This document shows positions 13,050-23,509 of a DNA stretch of 64,000 nucleotides, one piece after another. The DNA comes from Eledone cirrhosa. Taxonomy: Eukaryota. Within the stretch, counting starts at the first letter, position 1. Every line of letters starts with the position of its first letter. The stretch is taken from positions 16,864,001 to 16,928,000 of the forward strand of contig OZ024756.1 of NCBI GenBank assembly GCA_964016885.1, read 5' to 3'. Below the pieces are notes generated by a model that saw only the letters and a program-made list of their open reading frames with translations, made no database searches and was not told where the DNA came from. A program made the translations under genes and the position numbers.

Positions 13050-14210
13050 ATGGCTAACCAGCAAAAATCCAAACAGAACTGGTCTGATAATGAAATCGAC
13101 ATTCTAATAAACACATGGCATTGCCTTTCCCAAACAGAAAATATAGATGCTTCATCTCTGAACGACATTGCTAAACGTACAGTTCAATTTTTGAAAACTC
13201 GATCTGAACAACAGATTCAAAATAAATTAAAGCAAATCGAAATTGCTTTTAAATTAATCAATAAACATTTGGATAAACTACGGTGTGTTTTCTCTTCGAA
13301 TGCTGTCCAGCAGCAGCAACAACAACAACAGCAGCTACAACAGCAACAACAACAACAGCTACAACAACAACATCAACAACAGCTACAACAACAACATCAA
13401 CAACAGCAACAACAACAGTGTGAACCACTCCTTGATTCATCAACAATGGCCGATCTACTAAATGAAACTATTGACCCCCCAGTAGCCTCTGTCTCACAGC
13501 ATGAAACGCCACATCCTTTCTCTGGCCCAGCAGTCCAATCATCACCACTGCCAACATCTCTGCCTACTACTACTACTACTACTACAACATTTTTGTCTAC
13601 TGCTATGTCAAGGAATTTACCTTCTAATACCAGAACAAGAACTCTCCCTCCCACAGTCCACAAAGGTCGTCAAATCCTACCCAAACCATCATCTACACCT
13701 CTCACAACACCCACACCCATATACCCACCCACTCGAAACCCCATCATTTGCCGCTACTCTCTACGCTATAGAATATGTACGGATAGTGGCTGCAAATTCA
13801 CCCATTTACCTAGGACAAAACGATCTATCCCCACAAACAGCCACCACCATAATACATACTCTAATTTAACACCAACACAACCACCAATAACTCAAACAAG
13901 GAATCCACAAATCTGCCGTTTTTCCCTGCGAGACAGATTGTGTTTAGACCGGGATTGTCCCTTTACCCATCTCCCGGGGACCCGTCGGATAAATGAAAAT
14001 AAAATTAAAAATAAAAGCAAAAACAAAAACCATAACCTACATAAAAATAACCACTACCACAGTCACCAACAGTCTTCTAAACAGGAAACTTCTTCCTCTT
14101 TTTTAGCCATAATGAATCTGGCAAAAGAACTGGAAAAAAACATTCGAGCTATCACCCAGCACCACCCTCCACTATCACCCCACTGCACAAACTCCCATTG
14201 CTGCCATTAA
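13050..14210 (+). CDS. LINE ORF1 protein: Myb/SANT-like N-terminus, polyQ/polyT linker, two CCCH zinc fingers
   Basis: 386-aa ATG-initiated ORF; WSDNEIDILINTW...RSEQQIQNKLKQI; CRYSLRYRICTDSGCKFTH and CRFSLRDRLCLDRDCPFTH (C-x8-C-x4-C-x3-H). Confidence 0.85.
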   Translation: MANQQKSKQNWSDNEIDILINTWHCLSQTENIDASSLNDIAKRTVQFLKTRSEQQIQNKLKQIEIAFKLINKHLDKLRCVFSSNAVQQQQQQQQQLQQQQQQQLQQQHQQQLQQQHQQQQQQQCEPLLDSSTMADLLNETIDPPVASVSQHETPHPFSGPAVQSSPLPTSLPTTTTTTTTFLSTAMSRNLPSNTRTRTLPPTVHKGRQILPKPSSTPLTTPTPIYPPTRNPIICRYSLRYRICTDSGCKFTHLPRTKRSIPTNSHHHNTYSNLTPTQPPITQTRNPQICRFSLRDRLCLDRDCPFTHLPGTRRINENKIKNKSKNKNHNLHKNNHYHSHQQSSKQETSSSFLAIMNLAKELEKNIRAITQHHPPLSPHCTNSHCCH

Positions 14211-17200
14211 CAAACAAACAAATTAACAACACACCAAAACAATTAAAACCATCCACTCTCGCCTCTACATTTTTGCTTAACGCCCAAGGCATCAGCCCTT
14301 CCACCAATACTCAAAAATGGAAGATCAAATTCCTGGAGGACTGGATTGATGTCCATCCAAACCACATCCCTTTCTTCGTCCTCACTGAAACCCATCTCAG
14401 TAACCTCCACTTGGAAGCCGAGGTGAAAGTGAAAAATTTCAAAGCCATCCGTGCTGATCGCGCTGGCAGAAGAAAGGGCGGAACTGCCATTTATGTCCAT
14501 AATTCTTTCTCAACAGAGGCTATGAACATATTCACTAATGGATACTGTGAGGCAGTCACTGTATTCAGTCAAACCAACAACCTATTAGTAGTTGGGCTCT
14601 ATAGGCCACCCCAAACGCCTGTACCATGCTTCAAGGAATGCCTCAACAGCATAAAGTGTTTCATCCAAGAGTGTCACCCTGACAACATCTTAATGATGGG
14701 GGACTTCAACCTCCCCGGAGTTGACTGGTCCACAAACACCCTGCCACCAGGTTCTTCTGCCTCTGACAGGGAAGCTGTGGAATCGCTTCTTGACTTCATG
14801 GATGATTTCTTCCTATCCCAACTAGTGCTCGAACCAACGAGGTGCCACAAAAACGTCCTAGACTTAATTTTCAGCAATCACACTGACAATATCCACAATA
14901 TTGCAGTGGAGAAAACTCTACTCTCTGATCATGACATGGTTCTCTGTGATCTGAGATTCCACCGTCCAATATACAAACCCAATGTCATTTCTCCTGTCCA
15001 TCCGTTTGACGCTATGGATTTCCACAATGCAAACTGGGAAGCGATCAGTCATGATCTTGCACATGTCGACTGGTCCTTCACGCACACTCATACACCCACT
15101 AACATCAAAAAGTCCTGGCAGACATTTGTGGACACTGTTACAAACATATGTGCTAAACACACCCCATTAAGAACTATAAACAAATCTAAGAGCAGAATCC
15201 CTAGAAATAGAAAAACGCTCATCAGAAAAATTAAGAGAACGAACAAAAAAATCAACAATCTGAAATACTGTCAGCAGCAACACATCAACTTGACTGCCAT
15301 TTCATCACTAGAGATTAAAAAACATAACCTCCAAAACAACATAATGTCCCTCATCAACAATCAGAGAAGAGCTGAAGAGGCCTGGGCCATTGAGAAGATC
15401 AAACTCAATCCCAAAGTGTTCTTTTCATTTGCAAAAAAACACAAAATCACTGGCTCTACTGTTGGCCCTCTAATTGATGAAAATGGCACTCTTCAAGACA
15501 ATGCTAAAACCATGGGTGAGATACTGCAGAAACAATACTGCTCTGTTTTCAGCAATCCTGATATGGCCGATCTGGGCTGTATCGGCGATGTTACTCCCCA
15601 TTACACCTTATCGGACATAACGTTTGGCGCCCCTGATGTCTTGGCGGCAATAAAGGAAATCAAGCATAATTCAGCAGTAGGTCCCGATAGGTTCCCTGCT
15701 TGTGTCTTGAAGGCGTGTCAACACCAACTTGCTTCTCCTCTTGCCAATCTGTGGCGGAACTCACTGGATGCTGGATATGTGCCAGAAAACCTTCTATCCC
15801 AGTCTGTTGTCCCAGTTTTCAAAAAGGGAAACAAATCCCTTGCCGTGAATTACCGTCCAATCTCACTCACCTCTCATATCATTAAGGTATTTGAGCGAGT
15901 GGTGAGATCGCGAATGACCCACTTCCTTGAGAGTAACAATATGCTGAACTCCAACCAGCATGGATTCCGTAATGGAAGGGATTGCCTGACGCAACTACTG
16001 CATCACTTTGATGACATTTTGAGAGCCTTGGGAGAGGGTTCCAACACTGATGTTATCTACCTTGATTTCAGCAAGGCCTTTGACAGGGTTGATCATAACA
16101 TTCTACTGAGAAAGCTGTCCAATATTGGTGTCACTGGAAAGCTGCTGCAGTGGATCAAGAGCTTCCTGTCAAACAGAACCCAACATGTTGTAGTTGAGGG
16201 AGTCAAATCAAGCCCAGCCAAAGTCAGTAGTGGAGTCCCACAAGGCACTGTGTTGGGCCCACTTCTCTTCATCATCTATATTAATGACATCACTGACATC
16301 ATCAAACACAGCAACATTAAAATTTTCGCTGATGATTCCAAGCTCCAAAAGGTCATCAATGGCGTGGATGACCGGATAAGCCTTCAGTCAGACCTACTGG
16401 CTGTTACCCAATGGGCAGAAAAGAACAACATGTTACTGAACGAAGACAAATTCGAACTGATCCACTTTGGAAAAGAGGATGCTCTGAAACTCCCGTACTC
16501 CCTTCCCTCCGGGGAAACTCTCGTGGCATCTAACAACATCAGAGACTTGGGAGTAACCGTGGACAGCAACATAAGCTGGACCACGCATATAAGCAGCAAA
16601 GTTGACATGGCCCGCAGAATGTGTTCCTGGATCCTCAGAACCTTCCAGTCGAGAGATTCCCGCACCATTATCCTTCTCTTCTCTACTTTCGCCCGACCAC
16701 ACCTTGAATACTGTTGTCCACTGTGGTCTCCCCACACGAAACAAAGTATCATGAAACTTGAAGCTCCTCAAAGGGCAATCACGAAAAAGATAGATGGCAT
16801 GTCAGACCTTGACTACTGGGGTCGATTGGAAAACCTGAAACTTTACTCACTCCAACGTCGCCGTGAGCGTTATATTATCTGCATGATGTGGAAAATGTTC
16901 CATCATCACTGCCCAAATGATGTTGGCATCGCCTTCAAGATACACCCAAGGCTTGGGCCCCGTGCTATCCGTCCCATTCAAAAATCTAAATCGCAACTCA
17001 TAACAACAATACGGCACAATTATTTCACCTCAATCGCCCCTGCTCTCTTCAACATCACACCAGGACACGTCAAAACAGAAACTGACCACACAAAATTCAA
17101 GAAGTCTTTGGACAAATTCCTCCAAGTAATCCCGGACAAACCACCCACACCCGGATATGTCTCCGCAAACAGTAATTCTCTTCTCGAATGGGCCATGGTG

Positions 17201-17212
17201 CCCAAATCCTGA
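14081..17212 (+). CDS. LINE ORF2: apurinic-like endonuclease plus reverse transcriptase (frame open from 14081; ORF track starts at TTG 14198)
   Basis: APE motifs LLNAQG, LTETHL, GGTAIYV, YRPP, GDFN, LDLIF, SDH; RT motifs NYRPISL, QHGFR, LDFSKAFDRV, GVPQGTVLGP, FADD; CR1-like YSLQRRRERY. Confidence 0.95.
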   Translation, partial: TGNFFLFFSHNESGKRTGKKHSSYHPAPPSTITPLHKLPLLPLTNKQINNTPKQLKPSTLASTFLLNAQGISPSTNTQKWKIKFLEDWIDVHPNHIPFFVLTETHLSNLHLEAEVKVKNFKAIRADRAGRRKGGTAIYVHNSFSTEAMNIFTNGYCEAVTVFSQTNNLLVVGLYRPPQTPVPCFKECLNSIKCFIQECHPDNILMMGDFNLPGVDWSTNTLPPGSSASDREAVESLLDFMDDFFLSQLVLEPTRCHKNVLDLIFSNHTDNIHNIAVEKTLLSDHDMVLCDLRFHRPIYKPNVISPVHPFDAMDFHNANWEAISHDLAHVDWSFTHTHTPTNIKKSWQTFVDTVTNICAKHTPLRTINKSKSRIPRNRKTLIRKIKRTNKKINNLKYCQQQHINLTAISSLEIKKHNLQNNIMSLINNQRRAEEAWAIEKIKLNPKVFFSFAKKHKITGSTVGPLIDENGTLQDNAKTMGEILQKQYCSVFSNPDMADLGCIGDVTPHYTLSDITFGAPDVLAAIKEIKHNSAVGPDRFPACVLKACQHQLASPLANLWRNSLDAGYVPENLLSQSVVPVFKKGNKSLAVNYRPISLTSHIIKVFERVVRSRMTHFLESNNMLNSNQHGFRNGRDCLTQLLHHFDDILRALGEGSNTDVIYLDFSKAFDRVDHNILLRKLSNIGVTGKLLQWIKSFLSNRTQHVVVEGVKSSPAKVSSGVPQGTVLGPLLFIIYINDITDIIKHSNIKIFADDSKLQKVINGVDDRISLQSDLLAVTQWAEKNNMLLNEDKFELIHFGKEDALKLPYSLPSGETLVASNNIRDLGVTVDSNISWTTHISSKVDMARRMCSWILRTFQSRDSRTIILLFSTFARPHLEYCCPLWSPHTKQSIMKLEAPQRAITKKIDGMSDLDYWGRLENLKLYSLQRRRERYIICMMWKMFHHHCPNDVGIAFKIHPRLGPRAIRPIQKSKSQLITTIRHNYFTSIAPALFNITPGHVKTETDHTKFKKSLDKFLQVIPDKPPTPGYVSANSNSLLEWAMVPKS

Positions 17213-17850
17213 ATTGAAAGACTTCGCCAGGTGGTGCTATTAAGTTAGACATGGCCTGGGCCAATACTGGCCAAAACATTTCAAAGTTATTCAAAGTTAT
17301 ACATATATTTATATATATACACATATTTATATATATACACATACATATATATATATACATATATATCTATATACATACATATATATACATACATACATAT
17401 ATATATATACATACATATATATATATACATACATATATATATATACATACATATATATATACATACATATATATATACATATATACATACATATATATAT
17501 ATACATACATATATATATATACATACATATATATATATATATACATACATATATATATATACATACATATATATATATACATACATATATATATATACAT
17601 ACATATATATATATACATACATATATATATACATACATATATATATATACATACATATATATATATACATACATATATATATACATATATACATACATAT
17701 CTATATATACATACATATATATATATACATACATATATATATATATACATACATATATATATACATATACATACATATATATATATACATACATACATAT
17801 ATATATATACATACATATATATATATACATACATATATATATATATACAT

Positions 17851-17888
17851 GGTTGCTGCCAACTCGTTTTCGAGTACGGCCACTACTT
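17851..17888 (-). mobile_element. 38-bp tip of unidentified element X (see 47724)
   Basis: GGTTGCTGCCAACTCGTTTTCGAGTACGGCCACTACTT matches 47724-47761 with one mismatch. Confidence 0.75.
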
Positions 17889-18077
17889 TATATATACATA
17901 CATATATATATATATATACATACATACATATATACATACATATATATATATACATACATACATATATATACATACATACACATACATATATATATATACA
18001 TACATACACATATATACATACATACACATACATATATATATATACATACATACACATATATATATATACATACATAC

Positions 18078-18108
<31 letters not shown>

Positions 18109-18424
18109 CATACATACACATACATATATATATATACATACATACACATATATATATATATATATATACATACATACACATACATATATACATACATACA
18201 CATACATATATATATATACATACATACACATACATATATATATATATACATACATACACATACATATATATATATACATACATACACATACATATATATA
18301 TATACATACATACACATACATATATATATATACATACATACACATACATATATATATATACATACATACACATACATATATATATATACATACATACACA
18401 TACATATATATATATACATACATA

Positions 18425-18455
<31 letters not shown>

Positions 18456-18697
18456 ACATACACATACATATATATATATACATACATACACATACATATA
18501 TATACATACATACACATACATATATATATATACATACATACACATACATATATATATATACATACATACACATACATATATATATATACATACATACACA
18601 TATATATACATACATATATATATACATACATACATATAGTCCCACCCTTGTAAGCAGGGAAGAGCGGACGTAAAATGATAATAATGATGATATATTT

Positions 18698-19086
18698 ATC
18701 ATCATCATCATCATTTTACGTCCGCTTTTCCCTGCTTGCAAGGGTGGGACGGGAACTGATTCTGGCTTGATTTCTACAGCTGGATGCCCTTCCTAACACC
18801 AACCTCATTTACAGTGAGTGCTGGGTGCTTTTTTTTCCGTGGCACCTACACGGCCACTTTACAGTGTGGGCTGGCTGCTTTTTTGCCGTGGCACCTCCAC
18901 GACCACTTTGCAGTGGAATGATAGGGACCCCAGTCCTATCATCTCATTTCTACAGCTGAGTAAACTGGAGCAATGTGAAATAAAGTGTCTTGCTCAAGGA
19001 AACCACAGATCACCCTGTCTGAGAATTGAACTCACAACCTTTCGATTGCAAGGCCAATGCTCTAACCACTAAGCCCTGTGCCTCCA
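18698..19086 (-). mobile_element. CORE-type tRNA SINE with RTE-derived tail (family B); tail-to-tail with a + strand tail fragment at 18638-18690
   Basis: Head GGCTTAGTGGTTAGAGC..GAGTTCAATTCTC, CORE-like TTGAGCAAGACACTTTATTTCACATTGCTCCAGTTTACTCAGCTGTAGAAATG, tail shared with the RTE 3'UTR. Confidence 0.85.
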
Positions 19087-19164
19087 TATATATATACATA
19101 AATATATATATATATATACATAAATATATATATATATATATACATACATATATATATATATATG

Positions 19165-20347
19165 TAGGAGTTGTATTTAATTTGTTGGAAGTCCGACAAA
19201 CATAAATATTTTGAAAACATGTGTTGAAACCTATATTGTTATACTTTGGGTGGGTTATGTTGCCAATATGAAACACACGCACCAGTTGCTTTCACTTCAA
19301 TCTATATATATAAAACTGTGGTTGTCTGTCTGTCTATCGATTTTTGGCACACATCTCCTCTTAGAATCTCTGACGGAATTGCACCGAAATTGCTATACTT
19401 GTACATTGAGCCCTAGCGAAGACATCGGAAAAAAAAAATTTCAAATTGACCCACCCTATGTGACGAAATCGAATATAATGTATCGATTTTTGAGCGTAAG
19501 TTATCAGTTATTTCCCTTTGTTCTGTTTACATTGAGCGTCTTACGTAAAAAATTACGCTGGCTTTCTCAGCGTTTAAAATGACAAGCAAAATATTGACCT
19601 GCAAAATTCATCAGTTCGAACACTAAGCTTCCGTTTTGCTTCATTTCCATTTAAAAGCATTTTAAAACAATATTTTTACTTGAAAACAAGTCTATTTAAA
19701 GACTACGTAAAACAAGCAAATATTTCAGGCGTGCATACAGACAGTCGTGCAGAGAGGTGATATAGGCGTGCAGACAGACATAACTGATAATTTGGTTTCG
19801 CTAATGTTTTTCTCTGCGTTGCAGTGTTTACATTTTCGATCTTTGTTAATAAATAACCAGTGCAGTTTTTATCCCCAGCATCCTCTTTTGTTATAACATT
19901 CGGGTTATCGTTATGTTTTCTTAACTTCATAAGGCATATTGTTGGTTGAGGGAATATTAATCAAAAACACCACATGCAAGTCTGCACAGTAGACACTACA
20001 GTTTTTAAGCCAAAAAAGAAACTTAACATTGTAACTTTAACACAGCTACTGAGCGACCCCGAGCAACGCCGGGCTTTACTGCTAGTTTATTATAAATTTT
20101 AAAAATTTTTACAAAACATAAACAAGATGGCGTAGGACAGAACAAAGGAGAGGCACAAAACAAAGAAAAGAATGTGGGACGAAAGAACTTTGACAATATA
20201 TGAACAACCGTCCGGTTGTGGAACCAACCAACCGGAAATTTATAAATTAAAAAAAATTTTTTTCAAATTTATAATGAATTGGAGTGAAAGCAACTGGTAC
20301 GTGGGTTTCTTATTGGCAACATGACCCTCCCAAAGTATAACAATATA
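19165..20347. mobile_element. Fold-back (inverted-arm) element interrupted by a Helitron
   Basis: 19232-19300 joined to 20086-20110 is the reverse complement of about 20253-20347; the left end resembles 3707. Confidence 0.7.
19301..20085 (+). mobile_element. Non-autonomous Helitron
   Basis: 5' TCTATATATATAAAA, subterminal hairpin CCCGAGCAACGCCGGG, 3' CTAG; inserted between A and T with no TSD. Confidence 0.85.
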
Positions 20348-20819
20348 TATATATATATATAAGGTAAAAAGCAAGTAAGTTAATCAGGAGGAGAGAAAGG
20401 TGATTAGTTATGCAGATCACTAGCCAGTAGAGAGAAGGTTAGTGTGCTCAATGCATATAGGTTGTTAGACTAGCGAGCCATGGAAGGAGAGATGGAAAGA
20501 GAGATAGTTTGATAATCGTATAATAAGGAAAGCAAAAAATCATATTTAAAATGTTGGAGAGAACAACAAAGATTTATGAATATCATGATGATGATGATAT
20601 ATATATATATATCTGTGTGTGTGTACATACACACACATAGTAAACTCATTCTTCACTAAGTCAGTATAGATCGTTAGGTAATTACTATAATTATTAGCCA
20701 TAATTTTCTGCCAAATAACCCATCAAATGAAAGTAATAGAAATAGTTGTATAATGGTTTCATCGTTAACTTTGTTATATTTATGTGTAAATAGAATTAAC
20801 ATCATGTTTTCTAGCAAAA

Positions 20820-21203
20820 TATGGCATTGAATTGGCAACAGACTGTTCCAGATCACTCTGCTCTCTGAGTTCAAATCCTAGACAGCTCAACTATGTCTTT
20901 CATCCTTTTGAGGTTGATAAATAAAGTACCAGTCCTGTACTGGGGTGGTTCTAAATACCACCAACTTTTGTGGTTGATAAATAAAGTACCAGTTTTGTAC
21001 TGAGGTTAATTCTAAATACCACCACCTTCCTGATAAATAAAGTACCAGTTCTGTACTGTGGCTAGTTCAAAATACCACCAATTTCCTGATAAATAAAGTA
21101 CCAGTTCTTTACTAGGGTCATTTCTAAATATCACCAACTTCCTGATAAATAAAGTACCAGTTTTGTACTGAGGTTAATTCTAAATACCATCACCTTCCTG
21201 ATA
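20820..21203 (+). repeat. Old SINE A-like copy whose central segment is amplified about five times (about 55-bp unit)
   Basis: GATAAATAAAGTACCAG..GTACTG..TTCTAAATACCACCA is repeated. Confidence 0.75.
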
Positions 21204-21339
21204 GTTTTCAAAATTATTTGAAAATCATAGACAGTGTCTTTCATTAGAAATAAGGTAACAAAGGGGGTAAAGTGTTTATATTTATCAAAAAACCCTCCAT
21301 CATAATTCTATGTCAGAACCTTTGTTGAGTTATCATTGA

Positions 21340-21552
21340 TTAACCATTTACCATTTACATTACTCTATATATACTATTGTATTTTTGTGGTAAAGGCTTT
21401 ATCTTACATAATACTGAATCTACAAGATTTTGATATTTATTTTGAGAATAATACCTTAATATAAATATGAGCAGCCAGTTACAGTTGGTTTGAACAGAAA
21501 GAGGTGAGAGAATTCTGGCCGGATACATCCGGTTTAAATGTTAAAGGATTAA
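21340..21552. mobile_element. Possible piggyBac-like MITE (TTAA ends)
   Basis: TTAACCATTTACCATTTA ... TAAATGTTAAAGGATTAA imperfect terminal inverted repeats. Confidence 0.4.
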
Positions 21553-21975
21553 ATAATTTTTTTTACTATTACGTTCATTTCCGGAAATGAAATATATTTT
21601 TTTTCACCATTTACATAAAAATATAGAGGTACATCTACAACTGGTGGATATGAGGTGCAAACATTGCTGTGTGTGGTTAATCTTGAATCGTATCCTGTAC
21701 TGCAACAGGATACTTCGAGCAAGTACCTTATATTGCAGTCTCGGGCCCACTGATAGCTTTTCAGTGAAATTTGTACCAAGCCCATCATGTATATATTAGG
21801 AAGGACATCTGGCTGTAGAAGAGCTAGGACAAAACTGGGTCCCGTCAGTCCATCTTAGAGAACAGTAGCTTCAATTCAATTAAGTACTGACTTGGTCTGT
21901 AACATCAGTTCCAACTCTTCCCAGCATGGAAAAGTAGCCATGAAATGATGTTCATCATCATTATCATTATTTGGT

Positions 21976-22356
21976 GGGCGGTGGATTGGCAGTATCGGTA
22001 GAGGGTCGGACGCCATGCTTTCCAGCATAGTCACGTCCCTTTACGGTCCGAGTTCAAATCCCGCCGAGGTTAACTTTGCCTTTCATCCTTACGGGATCGA
22101 TAAAATAAAGTACCAGTAATGTATTCGGTAATTGATGGCCTTGTGCCAAAAGTAGAAACAATTATCATTATTTGGCAGTATCGGTAGAGGGTCGGACGCC
22201 ATGCTTTGCAGCAAAGAGTTACGGCCCTTTATGGTCTGAGTTCAAAATCCCGCCAAGGTTAACTGTGCCTTTCATCCTTACGGGGTCGATAAAATAAAGT
22301 ACCAGTAATGTACTGGGTAATTGCTGGCCTTGTGCCAAAAAGTAGAAACAATTATC
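21976..22356 (+). mobile_element. Two tandem SINE family A copies
   Basis: Copies at about 21976-22165 and 22172-22356. Confidence 0.85.
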
Positions 22357-23299
22357 TTCATTTAATGTATTTTTAACCTAACCGCTCTACTTTCCTGTAT
22401 GTTGTTTATATGTATGTGTATATGTGTGTGAGTGTATGTGTGAGAGAGAGAGAGAGTGAGAGAGAGAGAGAGAGAGAAAGATAGATGGAGAGAAAGAGAG
22501 AGAGTGTGTGTGTGTGTGTGTGTGTCTGTGTGTCTGTGTGTGTGTGTGAGTATGTGTTTGTGTATGAGTGTGTGTTTGTGTGTGTGGGTGTGTGTGTGAG
22601 TGAGTATTTGTGTAAGTGTGTGTGAGAGAGAGTGTATGTGTATGTGAATGTGTGTGAGTGTGTGTTTATGTGTGAGTGTGTATGTGAGTGTGTGTTTATG
22701 TGTGAGTGAGTGTGTGAGAGAGAGAGAGTGTGTGTATGTGAGTGTGAGTGTGTCTCCTCCCTATACTTCCTCTATCATTACTTCAATGTCATCTCCTACT
22801 CAGGCACTCCCAACTCACTCCTCTTCCCTTCTTCCATCACCCATGCTGTCCCCCAACCCACTGGAACTTCCTCCCTTCCCAACAGTTTAAACAAAACATC
22901 AACATCTGTCTCTTTAGTGTTGAGGAACCTGTGAAGGTCATAGGCACTGCCATTTCCTGCAGGTTTACCAAATTACAAAAAAATAAAAGTAGCCATTGGA
23001 TGAAGGAGATATTTCTTGTGAATATAGCAGAAGTGAGCCCCAGGAGTGAGACTGGCTGTTCCAGTGTGTCTTCTTCACCATCCTCTGGGACAACATCTTC
23101 TCCATTCTGTCTCCCGGGACCACAAGGCAGGTGAGGCAGAAGCTGACTAACTCTTAAATAAGAGTGAAATTGATTCTTCTCAACGTCACTACCTGTATTT
23201 TATTGACAGTTGTCCGCTAACAGTTAGGGAGAACTAAAAAGGGATTCGATTGACAAAACCCCAGACGTCATTCGCTTACTGAGTGGGTTGAAACTCATT

Positions 23300-23460
23300 A
23301 AACCAGACCAAAGAGCAAATGTTTTCATTGGTCTTTGCATTGCTAATGTGAAATAAAGTGTCTTGCTCAAGTACATAACGCATCGCCCGGTCCGGTAACT
23401 GAACTTGCAGCCTCATGATTGCAAATCCAATTCTCTAACTACTAAGCCACACACCTTCAC
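23300..23460 (-). mobile_element. CORE-type SINE (tail variant shared with 43228-43410)
   Basis: Head and CORE reverse complement; ATGTTT..TTGGTCTTT..ATTGCTAAT is shared with 43268-43297. Confidence 0.65.
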
Positions 23461-23509
23461 TACATAACTCAGAAATGGTACGTGAAAATCCCCAAATCTG
23501 TTGCAATGT

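Larger units (their letters stand above)
12323..17300 (+). mobile_element. Full-length, apparently intact CR1-group LINE (CR1a)
   Basis: 5'UTR, ORF1, APE-RT ORF2 and a short 3'UTR ending in (TTCAAAGTTA)2; near-identical truncated copy at 44835-46970. Confidence 0.92.

Noticed and set aside
14243-17205. Short antisense and alternate-frame ORFs within CR1 ORF2 (also in copy 2 and in the RTE)
   Set aside because: Shadow ORFs with no recognisable motifs; their recurrence only reflects near-identical copies.
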